A stretch of DNA of 64,000 nt from Tubulanus polymorphus (lineage: Eukaryota > Animalia > Nemertea): positions 868,001 to 932,000 of the forward strand of contig NC_134035.1 of assembly GCF_964204645.1 (NCBI RefSeq). The letters run 5' to 3'. Each line of letters opens with the position of its first letter. The stretch's first letter is position 1. Made by a program: the position numbers and the translations under genes. This document shows positions 63,877-64,000 of the stretch, in pieces. Under the pieces are notes generated by a model that was not told the origin of the DNA, ran no database searches, and was given only the letters and a program-made list of their open reading frames with translations.

Positions 63877-64000
63877 AGGCTAAAAAAAATCGATACCTTG
63901 TTTCTCCGCTCTGATGAGCTTAAAACTTGACCCGGCCGGCCGCCTATCTACCCTATACATTACTTTTTTTAAATCGTGATCAATTTTACCATAACAGACC
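63877..64000 (+). mobile_element. Family H element running off the window end
   Basis: Shares GCCGCCTATCTACCCTATACATTACTT..GATCAA..ATAACAGAC with 25754-25798. Confidence 0.6.

Noticed and set aside
63869-63925. Hammerhead ribozyme from CTGATGAG / GTGATGAG words
   Set aside because: There is no stem II followed by GAAA; the sequence belongs to the family H element end.

Overview
This is 64 kb of AT-rich, non-coding eukaryotic DNA, probably from an invertebrate animal; the species cannot be fixed from sequence alone. No ORF in the track is a credible host gene, and I see no rRNA, intact tRNA or CRISPR array. The window holds about 50 short non-autonomous elements: a hAT-like CAGGGTGGCCAC family (12 copies), a piggyBac-type TTAA MITE (5 copies), PIF/Harbinger-type MITEs with TWA or CWG target duplications, Helentron/DINE-like elements, an RTE LINE 3' end and a Penelope-like foldback. 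It also has several mini- and microsatellites. The dominant unexplained pattern is a quasi-periodic mosaic of about 50 cycles (mean about 1.25 kb, mapped by eye). Strongly CpG-rich unique blocks alternate with almost CpG-free blocks that hold essentially all the elements. Secondary signals are a 12/12 same-strand orientation of a MITE whose antisense end is a recursive-splice (YAG|GTAAGT) motif, and candidate ratchet points on the + strand. Together these suggest the window lies inside a very long + strand intron.
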